Source: Octopus sinensis (taxonomy: Eukaryota). Taken from it: a stretch of 55,357 bases of DNA. Shown one piece after another: positions 36,049-48,535 of this stretch (its first letter is position 1; each line of letters begins with the position of its first letter). The stretch spans positions 1 through 55,357 of the forward strand of contig NW_021833629.1 of assembly GCF_006345805.1 (NCBI RefSeq), written 5' to 3'. The translations under genes and the position numbers were made by a program. The notes under the pieces were generated by a model. It was not told the origin of the DNA. It saw nothing but the letters and a program-made list of their open reading frames with translations, and did no database searches.

Positions 36049-36597
36049 AGCCCTGATGCAGTACCAGGCAGTGGCTCTCATGGCTTCTGATCTTAACTGA
36101 TTGGAAGTGTTATCGTGTACATTGTTTCTTCTTGGTATAAAAGATGGGCTACAGCAAATATTCTGCTCAATACCATAGATTTGCTTGTCAGTTGTTTGAC
36201 CTTAACCAGTTGAGCATGTCTCTTAGTGGCTGTTGATATGTCCATCTCTGATCACAAGCAGAAGTAGTGGGGGAGCATCATAGCCATGTGTTGAGATGGA
36301 TTTTTGGGGTTCGAATAATTCTGGAAACATGGGTGGTTCTTTCAACATCCTTAAACAACCCTTATTCAAGGACCTTTTGAGCGGAATGGGCTACTCAACG
36401 TGAAGAAAATTCTAACTGGGCCCCACCTGCATGGTCATATGCTGTTTATCTTGATATGAGATCACCATGTCGCGCACATATGGTTGTGATGCATGTGCCT
36501 GGTGTACCCTTATCAGACGGGTAGTCATGATGGGTATATTGAGCTTCGTATATTTTATCCCAGAGTCACTTTGATGGCATGAACTGCTCTCTCACTC
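36049..36597 (+). mobile_element. Non-coding (TAA)n-associated retroelement, longer copy of about 550 bp
   Basis: No ORF and no tRNA boxes recognised; flanked by (GAT)n on the left and (AAT)n on the right; the 3' 310 bp are duplicated at 35625-35937. Confidence 0.78.
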
Positions 36598-36659
<62 letters not shown>

Positions 36660-36690
36660 TAATGATAATAATAATAATAATGATGATAAT

Positions 36691-36800
36691 AATGGTTTCA
36701 AATTTTGGCACAAGACCAGCATGTTTCAAATGGTTCTTATTTTATCGAGACTCTGAAAGGGTGAAAAGCAAAGTCGACCTCGGTGAAATTATATATAGTT
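36691..36800 (-). mobile_element. Fragment of a third tRNA-SINE family (minus strand) with (ATT)n tail
   Basis: Minus strand AATTTCACCGAGGTCGACTTTGC...TGTGCCAAAATTTGAAACC-ATTATT. B-box-proximal sequence; family identity from recollection. Confidence 0.55.
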
Positions 36801-36852
36801 GATATTAAAAAGAAAAATTAAGAATAGGACTTGTCATGTACTCTCATACATA

Positions 36853-37689
36853 TACGCGGGCTTTCCACAAAGAACCCGGAATTTTTGCAATATTATTTTA
36901 TTCGCTAAATCTTACATAATTACACTTTTATCACCCCCAAAATATTCTCCATTTAAAGCGATGGATCTGTCCAGATACGTTTTCCACTGTTCGAAGCAGT
37001 CCGGAAATCCTTGTGGAGTGATGCCTTTCAAAGCCTCCATCGTTTTTTCTTCACCTCTTCCACATCTGCAAAACTACTTCCTTTAATGACTTTTTCGGGG
37101 AACAAAAACAGTTACAGAGTGCAAGATCGGATAAATTGGGAGGATGAGTAAGTGGGTTCATGCCATTTTTGTGAGTAAGGGAGGCATAAATTTTGCTGCA
37201 ATTACTCGTTCAAAATACGTAAGCAAGAGCACCAGTCATATCAAGATGTTCGTCAATTGTTCGGCGACGATCCTTCATGAATTTTCGGTGTTGTTTCCAT
37301 TCATTCAGGAGGTCGTCGATTTCCCTGAATGAGGTTGGTCTTCAAGCGACAAGTAACTATTTCCAACGTGTGAAAGCACTTGTAAACTTGTATTTTGCTT
37401 ATGGCAGCGTCCTTGTGAGCTGTTTGACATATGACAACTGTTTCACCCGCCATTTACCCCAGCAGAAACCAGATTTTCACGGAAGCACGCTGTTCCTTCA
37501 TTTCGGCCATCGCAAAAATCGACGAAAAAGGGAGAAGCACCGCGTGGCAATACGATTTCACTCGATGCCGCCGGTCGGTAGGCAGATGCCTGAGGGTCGA
37601 ATCAAGTGGCTTCTAGTGGTTGAAGCTTGAACTAAAGCGGGATTCTCCCACAGAGAACGTTTCCGGTTACGTTTGAGTACCTCCACGTA
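36853..37689 (-). mobile_element. Internally deleted mariner transposon
   Basis: Minus-strand translation MAEMKEQRASVKIWFLLG..AGETVV (HTH) and HPPNLSDLAL..FADVEEVKKKTMEALKGI..CFEQWK..NGEYF. Imperfect TIRs TACG.GG..AAA..AA.CCGGAA with TA ends. Confidence 0.88.
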
Positions 37690-38123
37690 TATGTCGCCTT
37701 TTCTATTCATAAACTAACAGTTTCACTTAAGAAATCATTTTCAATGGAATTACTCTAAACTCCAGGGAATTTTTTATTGCGATACTCCAATTAGTATCTT
37801 TAGTGTTGAAAATAATTGCACTGCGCACTTCAGTTTTGTTGCAGTAGATAACCGTATAAACTTGATCGAGATTTACTGCGAAAAAAGATGTCAGTCTAGC
37901 AGCGAGCGACATACTTATTGGTCATATACAATATACCTCAGCTAATTTCAAGAGCAACGTCATTCACTTAATTATGCAGCAGTTTATTGTGCGGCGTGCA
38001 GTGCATAATTCTGTCCATGCTGCATTTTCACAGCGCGAAAGAAAATGTGGACTCTGTTAGAGTTTGGCACCAGCTGCCTTTCCGACAATTAGCTGGAACA
38101 ATAAATTTTCAAAGGCAAAGCTA

Positions 38124-38124
<1 letters not shown>

Positions 38125-38176
<52 letters not shown>

Positions 38177-38180
38177 CAGA
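38125..38180 (+). repeat. (GATA)n microsatellite
   Basis: Direct reading. Confidence 0.95.
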
Positions 38181-38228
38181 CAGAGAGATGTAGTTAAGTT
38201 ATATATACATACACACATACACATATAT

Positions 38229-38359
<131 letters not shown>

Positions 38360-38493
38360 CTTACGTATACACACATGCGAATACACTCACACATACAGTC
38401 ACCCGTACATATGAGTTAAATGAGTGCCGTGAGTGAATTTAACACGATTAATTTTACGTGATTAATGATACTTGACTTTGTCACACAATCATA

Positions 38494-39622
38494 TACAGGG
38501 TGCGTAACATATAATAACAGATAATAACTTTGTCAAAAAAAATGCTATGAAGATAAAAATAAACTTTCTTTTCTATAATATTATTCAATAAAGCCACCTT
38601 CAACTTCAACAACTGCTTCTATATGAGATCTAAATCATCTTACATGCTCGAATCAAGTGGCCCTGGTTCATTTTGAACATTACTCTGAGTATGGCAGCTT
38701 TGAAGGAATCTTTGGTTTTATGAGTGTATTCATTGACCTCTCTCTCTCTCTCTCTCTCTCTCTCAACAACGCTCCATATGTAATAGTGCAATGGATTGAG
38801 ATCTTGGGAATTAGGAGGCCAAATGTTAGGGGTTATAGGATCGTGAAAATTTTCAGCCGTCCATTCCTTAGAGCCGTGTGTGATCGTGCAGTCTTACTGA
38901 AACACACGTGACCTTCCATTGTATACACTGCCCATCCAGAGCTTAACAATTGTTTCCAGGACCTCAATATAGGCGACACAGTTAGCTTTAAGGCCTTGTG
39001 GCAAGAAGTAAGGAGGCATCACATGTCCTTCATTGCTGACAACCCCTACAGTTTCAGGATATTTTGTATGCATGGAACTTCAGAAGGGTCTGCATTTTGA
39101 GAAAAAGCAAATGAATCTTCCCCTGCTGAAGTTTTCAGTTTGTTTAAGTGTCTTTTGCTTTTTTCTGACAAACTGACCTTTCCTCATCATAAAAGATTTT
39201 CGTGGACAACATTTCTGACTGTTCCTTCAGACACATGGAGATCTTTTACAATTGACCTCATGGAGTTTCTGGGATTATAATCAATGGTCTATTGAACTTG
39301 TGGGATAAATTCAGGTGGTCTGATGATTTCAGAGCATTTAGAATGCTTTTTATTCTTTGATACTGTTTATACGTTTCCATCTCCAGTCTCTAGCTCCTTA
39401 CAAACTTTGTAGACGAAAGATCTGAAAACTTTTAAAAATCGAGATATTTCTAAATCGCTATGCTCAACCTTTATAACCACAATAACAGCATGCCACTTCA
39501 TTTCTTGAGTAAGCAGAGAGTCTGCCATTAATATTTTCTGAAACAAAGATTATACAGAGTTTCCAAAAAATGCAGTTATGACCAAAAACAGGTATGTCCT
39601 CAAATACCTTATGCACCCTGTA
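38494..39622 (-). mobile_element. Decayed Tc1/mariner (maT-like) transposon
   Basis: TIR ends TACAGGGTGCGTAA (38494) and TTATGCACCCTGTA (ending 39622); minus-strand ENFHDPITPNIWPPNSQDLNPLHYYIWSVVER (WPPNSPDLNP motif). Confidence 0.82.
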
Positions 39623-39654
39623 TATATAGTTTTTTTTTCATCAATTTATTACAC

Positions 39655-40800
39655 AGTCCCAGATGACTGAGATTGCGCCTCACTGAGGCATACTCGCCGC
39701 TCTTCATCTTGAGGAATTGCTTCGCTCGCCTAAGCTTCATTTGTCGCTACGCATTGCGCCATGTCCCTCGCTCAGAGACCGCCAGGGTGATTTCATAACA
39801 TCATCTAGAGCTGTGCCGAACTGATCTGCAATGTCATTTTTGGCCGAACTGACATTGGCAACAGGCCAAACTGTCTATTAGATTCGGTAGCTTTGGTCGC
39901 CGTTCTGCAGTGGACCTGGCTCTGTCGGTATGTCTTCCCTCGCTCTCTTCCAGTCGAATCCTCATTGACAGATACTCAACGGGAAAGCCGAACCATATGT
40001 GGCCCAGAAACTGGAGTCAGCACAAGCCAATTAGACTATTTATGGGCTTGGTGTTCCCAGAAAATGGATGTCCAATGTACCTGGGACAACATCAGATGTA
40101 AATCCACCTTCGAAGGGCTAGAGACATTACTAGACCACCACCACATAGCCTGCCTCTGTTCCGCATCGCAGCCAAATAGCGGCACATGGTTCCATTCGCT
40201 GCCCACCTCATCTACTGGTATCCTTCTGGATGAGTACACCTGTATTAGAATGGCCCCAAAACTCGGTATCCGCCTAAGCAAGCCGCACAAATATCGTTGT
40301 GGAGCGGTAGTAGCCGAATATGGCCTACCCGTCATCCTGTAGCTTTTGCTCTGGTTGATTCCCCCGACACACCAATCTGAATAACATAGGTTTCCCGTCT
40401 CAACTTGAACCTTCAGGTCTCAACCTGTAAGCACTCCGATGGGATAACTCTCTTCCCATTCAAGGGAGGCAGGATTCTAGTCTAGGACACGACATGCAGT
40501 TACATGTTCTCCGGCTCAAACCTCGCAGCATCGTCTGCAAACCCTGTTGTCTCCGCCTACAACGCGGAGAGAAAAATCAATAAATACATGAACCTGGATA
40601 GCCGCCAGCATTTTGTGCGGCTCACCGTTGAGTCGTTAGATGTTTTAGAAAATTACTGCCCATTTCCTCCGCAAAATAGAGATAACAGCGGCCTGTCGGA
40701 GAAATGAGCCCCGCGAGGTGGAGTGGCTGCTGCAGCAAGTGTTGCTAGCCATTTTCCGCGGCAACTCTAATGCCGTTATTACTGCGGGATGCGGTTGAGC
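39655..40800 (+). mobile_element. Decayed CRE-like RLE non-LTR retrotransposon, 3' coding portion
   Basis: LFILRNCF.PKL..LR.APC, WQQAKLSIRFG..G.RSAVDLAL, ASQPNSGTWFHSLP, PHKYRCG, RHTNLN, EPSGL, DGITLFPFKGG..DTTC, AIFRGN* (stop at about 40798). Confidence 0.85.
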
Positions 40801-40869
40801 AATCCACTTGTTCTGGGATATGTGGCCCATCACCCCTCTCCCTCCATCTTTCGCTGCTTTACCCCTTTT

Positions 40870-41500
40870 TTTGTCTTTTACACCGGATGATATCTCTGTC
40901 TTAGAGCTTGGACTGAGCTTCTGTTCAAGCACTAAGTTCAAGGATTATTTCAGTTTATCCAACGTCACAAACTGAAGGAATATCTTTTTGAAAAAATGAT
41001 AACAAGGTGTTAGAAACCATATTCTTACTGAAAATAAAAAAAATGATGATGATCGAATCTAGCATAATTTGTTTGAAAAGAATCCCAACTGGGATCCAGA
41101 TAAAGTTCAGAAGCACTACTGGAATTTCTTGAATATCGTCAGACAGACATTAGGGAAAACTTTAAAACAAGTGGAAAGAAATCCTGGAATAACCTCACAA
41201 ATTCCCAGCGTTATTCACACCTTCGTCTAGCTAATAATGATTCTATTGTTATTAAAATGGCGGATAAGGGAGGCGCTATTGTAGTTATGGACAAGAGTGT
41301 GTATATTTCAGTTAGTGAAGAAGTTTTAAGGGACAAAACATCATATGAAAAATTACCTGTCGATCCAAACCCCAATTACTGTGAGGAACTTGACAAATTC
41401 TGGAAATGGAGGAAAACAATTTCATTAGTAAGGATGTTATCCAGGATGTTACGCTCAGAAAAAAGATAACCTGTACTTTATGGTCTCCCCTAAATACAGA
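40870..41500 (+). pseudogene. Fragment of a second Penelope-like element (Neptune/Poseidon-type N-terminal RT region)
   Basis: LTPDDISVLELGLSFC; NNDSIVIKMADKGGAIVVMDKS (ORF 41257..41469); frameshifted YGLPKI-like motif at about 41480. Confidence 0.8.
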
Positions 41501-41631
41501 AAAAGTTCGAAAGATTTTTTGCAATGTGACCAATTAGCAGCGGATAGGAATATTGAACAACCAAATTTCGTAGTGACTGGATGGCTTTCTAATCCCTATC
41601 GCAAAACATTATTTTATTCAGGATGCTTTTC

Positions 41632-42108
41632 ATTTGGTTTTATTTGCGGGACACGAGGAACAATGTCTGGCCCTTTATTTTGACGGTCGTCATTTTCGTA
41701 GGGTACCGGTCCGTTCATTTCTGTTGACACATTGTTTTGCACGTGTAGTTTTTCGTACTTTTCTGTAACAAATTTAAGGTACGCACCTCCCGATTGTTAT
41801 TCTTGGGTTGAATAATACCGGTATTATTTAATTTATTTGTAATTTTTTGTACATGGTGTTTGGGGCCGGAGATGATCTGGTGTTGATGGATCGTAATGTA
41901 TCAAGCAGTTTACATGTGCTTTGGGGGTGATATCCAGTTAAAAAACATCATTTCATTTGGAAAACAGCAATAAATTTCAATGAGTATTACTCGGATATCG
42001 TCGAATTCTTTGTCAGCTAATTTGGCTCCATGCGATGTCTTATTCCGATGTTTTTGGATAGATTTCGAGCACTGTTTTATCGCTCTCGCATGTAAACGTG
42101 CCCGGTGT
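41632..42108 (-). mobile_element. 5'-end fragment of an R4/Dong LINE (copy E), minus strand
   Basis: The reverse complement aligns to the 5' end of copy D (31572-32070): ACACCGGG.ACGTTTA..GATAAAACAG..AAATCTATCCAAAAACATCG..GTCCCGCAAATAAAACC. Confidence 0.88.
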
Positions 42109-42289
42109 ATTATTATTAGATTATATTATTATTATTATTATTATTATTATAATTATTATTATTATATTATTTTATTAATTATTATTATCATTATCATCAT
42201 CATCAGTCATCATCATCATCATCACATCATCATATCATCATCATCATACCAATCATCATCTCATCACCATCATCATCATCACCATCACC

Positions 42290-42321
<32 letters not shown>

Positions 42322-42600
42322 CACCATCATCATCATTACCCATCATATCATCTCATTCTATCATCATCATCATCATCATCATCCCCTCCTCCTCCTCCCC
42401 TCCATTCACATCATCACATCATCATCCTCATCATCATCATCATCATATCATCATTACATCCTCAGATCATGATCATCGTCATCATCATCGTCATCATCAT
42501 TCGCTGAATCATATCATCGTCATCATCATCGTCATCAACATCGTCATCATCATCATTATTATTATATTATTATTATGATTATTATTATTATTATTATTAA

Positions 42601-42630
<30 letters not shown>
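42109..42630 (+). repeat. Compound (TTA)n-(TCA)n-(TTA)n microsatellite
   Basis: Direct reading; source of the poly-His/Ile ORF 41980..42507. Confidence 0.97.
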
Positions 42631-42632
<2 letters not shown>

Positions 42633-45600
42633 CTTCCGACGCCGTTAGACGTACGTGAATCAGCTCTGTGAGTTTTGTGCCAATTTTATTGGAAATTTTT
42701 TAATAAGCTTGAATATTTTTTAATATTTTGTAGCCAAACCGACCGGCTTCTTGCGGAGCTCGTCGGTTGGGCGAAAATTTTGCCCCTTCGGGGTGAAATT
42801 GCTGTTTTTTATTTTGAAATTGACATTTTTTGCACACAAATATATACAAAATGGCTTTGAAACGAGCTGCTGGCTCTTCCCTCCTTCTTGCAACACCCCC
42901 TCCACAAGAACAAAAGGCAACGTCACGGGTTACGTACAACCCATTTCAAGCCGTAAAAGGCAACAAAGATCCTCCTTCCGAACCGGAGAGCACGCGCTCG
43001 GTTCAAAAGGAGAATGCAAGACAGGACGTCGCGTTCGACGTCACTCTTGATTTCCCCCCTCTGCCTTCAACAAGTGATGCTGTACCGAAGAGGGAGGAAA
43101 AGAAACTTATAACAGACACAAACACAGACAAGAACCAACAAAAAACTGTAAAAGCTTCTAACGATTTTGCTTCTGCTGCGAAGCAAATTTCGGAAGATGT
43201 AGAAGTATCAATGGAGGACATAAAAATGGCACAAGATTTGTTGAGAAAGGAGGGGAACAGTGTTTTCCTCAACACACCTCAACAACTCACACAAGAGACA
43301 AACAAAAGAACAATCTTTTATAAAGTCTTCGAAAAGAAAACTAAAAGATTGTTTAACGCCACACCACACAACAGTTGGAGATGGCTCTGAAGCCATTTGG
43401 GGCCAGAAGAGCTATGTGACAAGAGGGAAGCGATTTGGAACCGTGGAGGTTCGCTTCCCAACAGAGGAGCTTGCAAGGGCGAAGCCATTTCGCCCTTGCA
43501 AAATGAACATTTGTTCCTCGTCCCGACGTACCTCGGGCGTAAGGTACAAAAAATAACTATAAGTACAATACCCCCCGAACAGAAAATCTCATGGCTAGTG
43601 GCGGCTGTCCTCTATGCATAGAGGACACTGCCACTATTCTGAATGTTCGGAGGTACGAGAAAAGAACTGGTCAGGCATGGGAATTCAACTGCTGGTACAG
43701 ATCCAGCAGGAAAACATCAATGCCATACCTGACTTGTCATCTTGCTGGATGGGACCAGGCTAAATGTTATTGTAGAGGGGCGAAAGCCAAAATGTTTCCT
43801 CTGCAGTAGCGAAAGCCACCTAAAAAGGACTGCCCCATTCAAAAAAAGAGAATGGAGGAGTATAGCAAGAGCAGCAGCAACAACAACAACAACACAAAAC
43901 AACAACACACAAGCAACAACAACAGAAACAACAAAACAGCAAGAAAAACCAAAGGCTGCCACCCACCAACACCATCACCACACCAGCACCAAGACGAAAA
44001 ACAACACCACCCCAACAACAACAACCACCACCAAACAACAGCGACAACCACCACCAAACAACACCGACACCAGTACCTCGAAGGTCGACAGCAGCGACAT
44101 CAACAGTAACAGGAGCAGCGGCACCACCGATACCGGTGGAACCAGAAACTTTTCGTCCTGCTACTGAAGCAGACCCCTCAACCATTCCTTTGCCGGATGA
44201 AGAGATCTCGGATTGTGCGAGCTCCGATTCCAACAAAGGAGAATGGAATATAGTACCTCCAAAAAAGAAAAGGAGGAAAAAACAAAAAGATTTAAAGGGG
44301 AAGCACGAACAAACAGTACTTCCCAACATCAACAACAACATCAACAACAACACACACTCACAACAACAAACAACAACAACAACACTTTCGACACCACTAC
44401 TGCCACTACCACAGACACAAACAAACACAGACACAATTATAGACACAATTACATCAATAAACACAAAGAACCAAAAACTAGTGGAGTACTTAAAAAACAA
44501 AACTAGTACAAATATAAACGATTTCATCATACCAACACAAACAAACACACCACCAGCACACATTCTCACAATAAAAATAAATGCAAAAACATATGATGAA
44601 TCAAACAAAATATTCCTAACGATGTGGGATCGCTAGGGAAAAGTTTCTCGAGAAACTTTATAAAAACATTGTGGAAGCACCCGTGCAAAAGCACAAGGGA
44701 GCCACCCCCACCACCAACAACAGTAAGTAGAGCCTTTTTTCTCTCCTTTTTTTTTCCCTACTTTGAGACATGGCAAATCTTAGAATCGGTTGCTTGAATG
44801 TGAGAGGCCTCGGGTCACCTTGGAAACAGGGTCACCTGTTAAATGACCTGAGGTTTCATGATGTGGATGTAGCAGCCATCAGTGAAACCAGGCTCTCCCA
44901 CCCGCAGGAACTCGCAGCCCGTGGCGGATACGAGATATTTCTATCTCCGTGTCGGCCGGAGCGGGCGGTGGTGGTACTGCGTGTTGTTTCGGAAGGGCCT
45001 GGACCTGAAAATAAGGACAGTCTTCTTGGATCCGGAAGGTAAGTTGGTGGTCCTCGACGTGGACGGTAGTGACGGCGGTGCTTTCAGACTGTGGCTGCCT
45101 ACGCTCCGACAGGAGCAGGGCAGTCGGATTATTTCAAACGTCTGGAAGTTTTCCTGGGAACGTCACGCACTCTAGTACTAGTGGGGATTGGAACGCTGTC
45201 TTAGACGAACGTTTCGATCGGGTGGGCAGGGGAGCGTCTGATAGGAGAGGGGGAGGGTGCAAGAGCCTCGCCAACCTACTCGGCCGCTTCAGCTGTCCGA
45301 CAGGTTTCGACTAGACAACCCGAATGTGCCAATGTGGACTTGGACAAACCGCATCGGGTCGTCTAGATCGTACTTAGATAGAGTGTTTTGTAGGCCAGCG
45401 GATAAGGACAGCGTAGGGTGTCCACAATTCCACCTAGTCGAATATACGGACCACAAATTAGTGATCTGTACGGTCGACTTAGATAGGCTACATAGACAGG
45501 GACCCGGCTACTGGAAGCTGAACGCGTCGTTAACGGCGTGCAAAGCTTACAGAGACCGGATTAGTTTACTAGTTAAGCGGGCGCTCACGGGGGCAATCAT

Positions 45601-48470
45601 CAACAACAACTGGTGGTTTGCCCTCAAGAGAGCAATTAGAGTAGAGTCGATTAGGTATAGTAAGACTCTAGCTATTGAACGTAGGAAGAGAGAGCGGGAT
45701 TTAGTTAAGAAACTAGACGAGGCTCTTGACACTGGCATCGCGACCGACGTGTTGGCGGCAAGGTTGGCCCTCGACCAACACTTCGACGCCAAACACGAAG
45801 GCTGCGTTGTCAGAGCTAAGGCACGTTCGCTAAGCGGGGAGGGGACTAGAGCCGCTCGATGGGCCCGCGTGGCGGAGGCGAAGCGATGAGGCAACAGAGC
45901 AACCATTCGGTCTTTGGTGGACCAGAACGGGCGCGAGGTTACCCAACCGAAGCAGATGTGTACGGTGCTTCAGCGGCACTTTGCTCAACTGTTTGGGACG
46001 AGCGGTGGAACGGACACCAACGGTACAGACTTCGGTGTGTACCTGGACGGACTGCCGCAACTCAACTCGAGAGCGAGGCAGAGTGCTGCGAAGGACCGAT
46101 ATCTGCCTGGGAAGTACAGGAAGCGATGAAGAGTTGCACGAGAGGTAGATCGCCGGGTTTGGATGGTCTGCCCTACGAGCTTTACTTTTCAATGCCAGAC
46201 TTGTTTGCGGACCTGTTGGCAAACGTCTACTGCAACTGGCAGCAAAACGGGAGAATTCCTGCTTTTGTCTGTCGAGGGGTGGTGGCTTTGCTAAAGAAGG
46301 ACCCAAACAAGGGGGACGTTATGGGAATTTCCGGCCCATCACTCTGCTCAATGCAGAGTTGAAGATTTTGGCCAAGGTGCTAGCCAAGAGATTGGCGCTT
46401 GTCGTGGGCAAGCTGGTCGGCGGGACGCAGACATGCGCCGTGCCGACCAGGTCGATACACGACAACCTCCATCTCATGCGCTACATCATAGAGAGGGTGG
46501 GTAAACGACGGGCGGGGTGGGGCTTTGATCAACTTGGATCAGAGTAAAGCCTTCGATAGGGTCGACCATCGGTACCTGGCAGCTGTCCTCAAGGCAGCCG
46601 GCTTCGGTCCAGTCTTCCGCGGGTGGATCGCTGCTTTATACAGCAACATCTGCTCGGTGATACGGGTGAACGGTCACCTTTCGGAACCGTTCGACATCTC
46701 GCGTTGTCGGCGCCAAGGATGCCCCTCTCCTCCCTCTTGTACATTTTGACTCTCGAGCCATTACTGCGCAAGTTGGAGGCTTTGAGGGGCATCCCGCGCG
46801 ATCTAGGAGGCGGAAACAGCGTGTCTGCTTATGCCGACGACGTCACCGTGGTGGTGTCGAGCCACAGGCACATTGGCCTGATTGGCGAGACGCTAAACCA
46901 GTACGAAGCGGTGACAGGGGCAAAGATTAACGCGGAAAAGTCTGTGGGCTTGCAACTGGGCACCTGGAGAGGCAAGCCCATGCCGTCCAACAGCGTCGTA
47001 GGGCGCTGGACAGACGGACCCGTTAAACTGCTCGGGGTCTGGTTCGGTCCGGACCCAGGTGGATAAGAACTGGGAAGAGGTGACGAGCAGGGTGGCACGT
47101 CTCACCCAGAAATGGGCCGAGAGGAAGCTGTCCTGAAAAGGTCGAGCGGAGGTGGCGAATGCGTACATCGCATCCGTCATCTATTACCGCTTGACCGTCG
47201 TCCTTGTCCCGACCGCTGGTTGGCCAAGCTGGTACGCCTGCTCTTCGACTTTTTGTGGAAGGGTCAGGTGCCACTGGTCAGGCGATCCATCTGCTGTCAA
47301 CGACCGCTGAACGGAGGCCTTGGAATGCCGTGGTTGCTGTGCGCAGACATGCGCTCAGGCTGCGGCATCTCAAGCGCTTCCTAGACGGTGAACAGGTGTG
47401 GTCGTCTTTTGTCAGACGCGATTTTCCGCAGCTCGTCTCTTTGACGGAGCTGCAGACCTGGATCAAACGTAGACCGAGAAAGGGCGCTTGGCACCTCGAG
47501 TGCCGTCAAGCCTCTCCGCCCTCCACCAGGCGGGCAATGCGGTCGGTTACAGCTCCACTCTAGCGTTCTATAGAGGGTTAGTGGAGGAAAAATGCGACGA
47601 CGTTCTCGGGGAAACTCTAGGCGTTGAAGACGACGAACTGAGCGGTCTGTTCGGGAGGACTTTCGGGCCGGGGCCGATGGATAATTTCCAGAGGTCTCTC
47701 GCCTGGCAGGTGCTACCGAGGGGCTCTGCCTGTTCGAGATAAACTCTACCGGCACGGAAGTGCCGTCAGCCGGCCTGCCCGAGGTGGTTGCCAGGACGAC
47801 GAAACCGTTCTGCACGCACTCGTCCAGTGCCCGAGTATTGCTGAAATATGGGTTTATGTCGAACAGCTACTGTCACGTGTAGGACGGATCCGACTATCGG
47901 CCGAATCCATAGTGAAGATTGCCCCGCCGACCTCCTTTAACAAGGAGGGCGAGGCCGTTTTCTTGTGCCTTGTGGCTGTGGCGAAAGAAGTTGTGTGGTG
48001 GACTCGTTTGAAAGGGCTAAAGTCAGACACTTTCCTCTTTGGTCAAGGCCTCATCAACTTTTTCAAGTTTCACTTGAAAAGGAAGATGAGGTTAGAGAGG
48101 AAAGTGCTGTCCGATAGCAAGTTTTATGAAAGGTGGGTGAATTGTGCGAGACTGGCCTGTATAAATGGACCAGTTCTCAGGTTTCGCCTGTGATTTCAAA
48201 GAAAAAGGTAATGTAAAAGGAGAAGAAAGGGGACTCTCTACACCCCCTTTTTTTGACCAGGCTCCCGTTGGCTTTTGTAGGGTTTTTTCCACCGGGAACA
48301 TTCGAGACGTCTCCCCCTTTGGGGAGTTTTTCATTGTTTTAATAATCATTGCTTAAAATTTTTTACACGAGGATTTTTTAACAAACGGACAAAACCCTTT
48401 GTAACCTTTCGTCCTGTCTTGTCCCTTTATGTAATCATGCGTGTTAGCCCTTGTGGCCAATAAAAAAGAA
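42631..48470 (+). mobile_element. Full-length Tx1/L1-clade LINE, copy 1 (about 5.8 kb)
   Basis: 5' UTR, ORF1 (ATG 42851, CCHC knuckle, N/T/Q-rich tail), ORF2 44770-48193 (APE, RT, C-terminal zinc finger), 3' UTR ending GCCCTTGTGGCCAATAAAAAAGAA; flanked by (ATT)n. Confidence 0.95.
44770..48193 (+). pseudogene. Tx1 ORF2 (APE endonuclease-RT), copy 1, many frameshifts
   Basis: IGCLNVRGL, AAISET, GDWNAVL, SYLDRV, YTDHKLV, GYWKLN, SPGLDGLP, FRPITL, LDQSKAFDRVDH, AYADDV, CPRCCQDDETVLHALVQC. Confidence 0.93.
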
Positions 48471-48535
48471 TTGATTATTATTATTATTATTATTATTATT
48501 ATTTATTATTAGTATTATTATTATTATATTATTAT

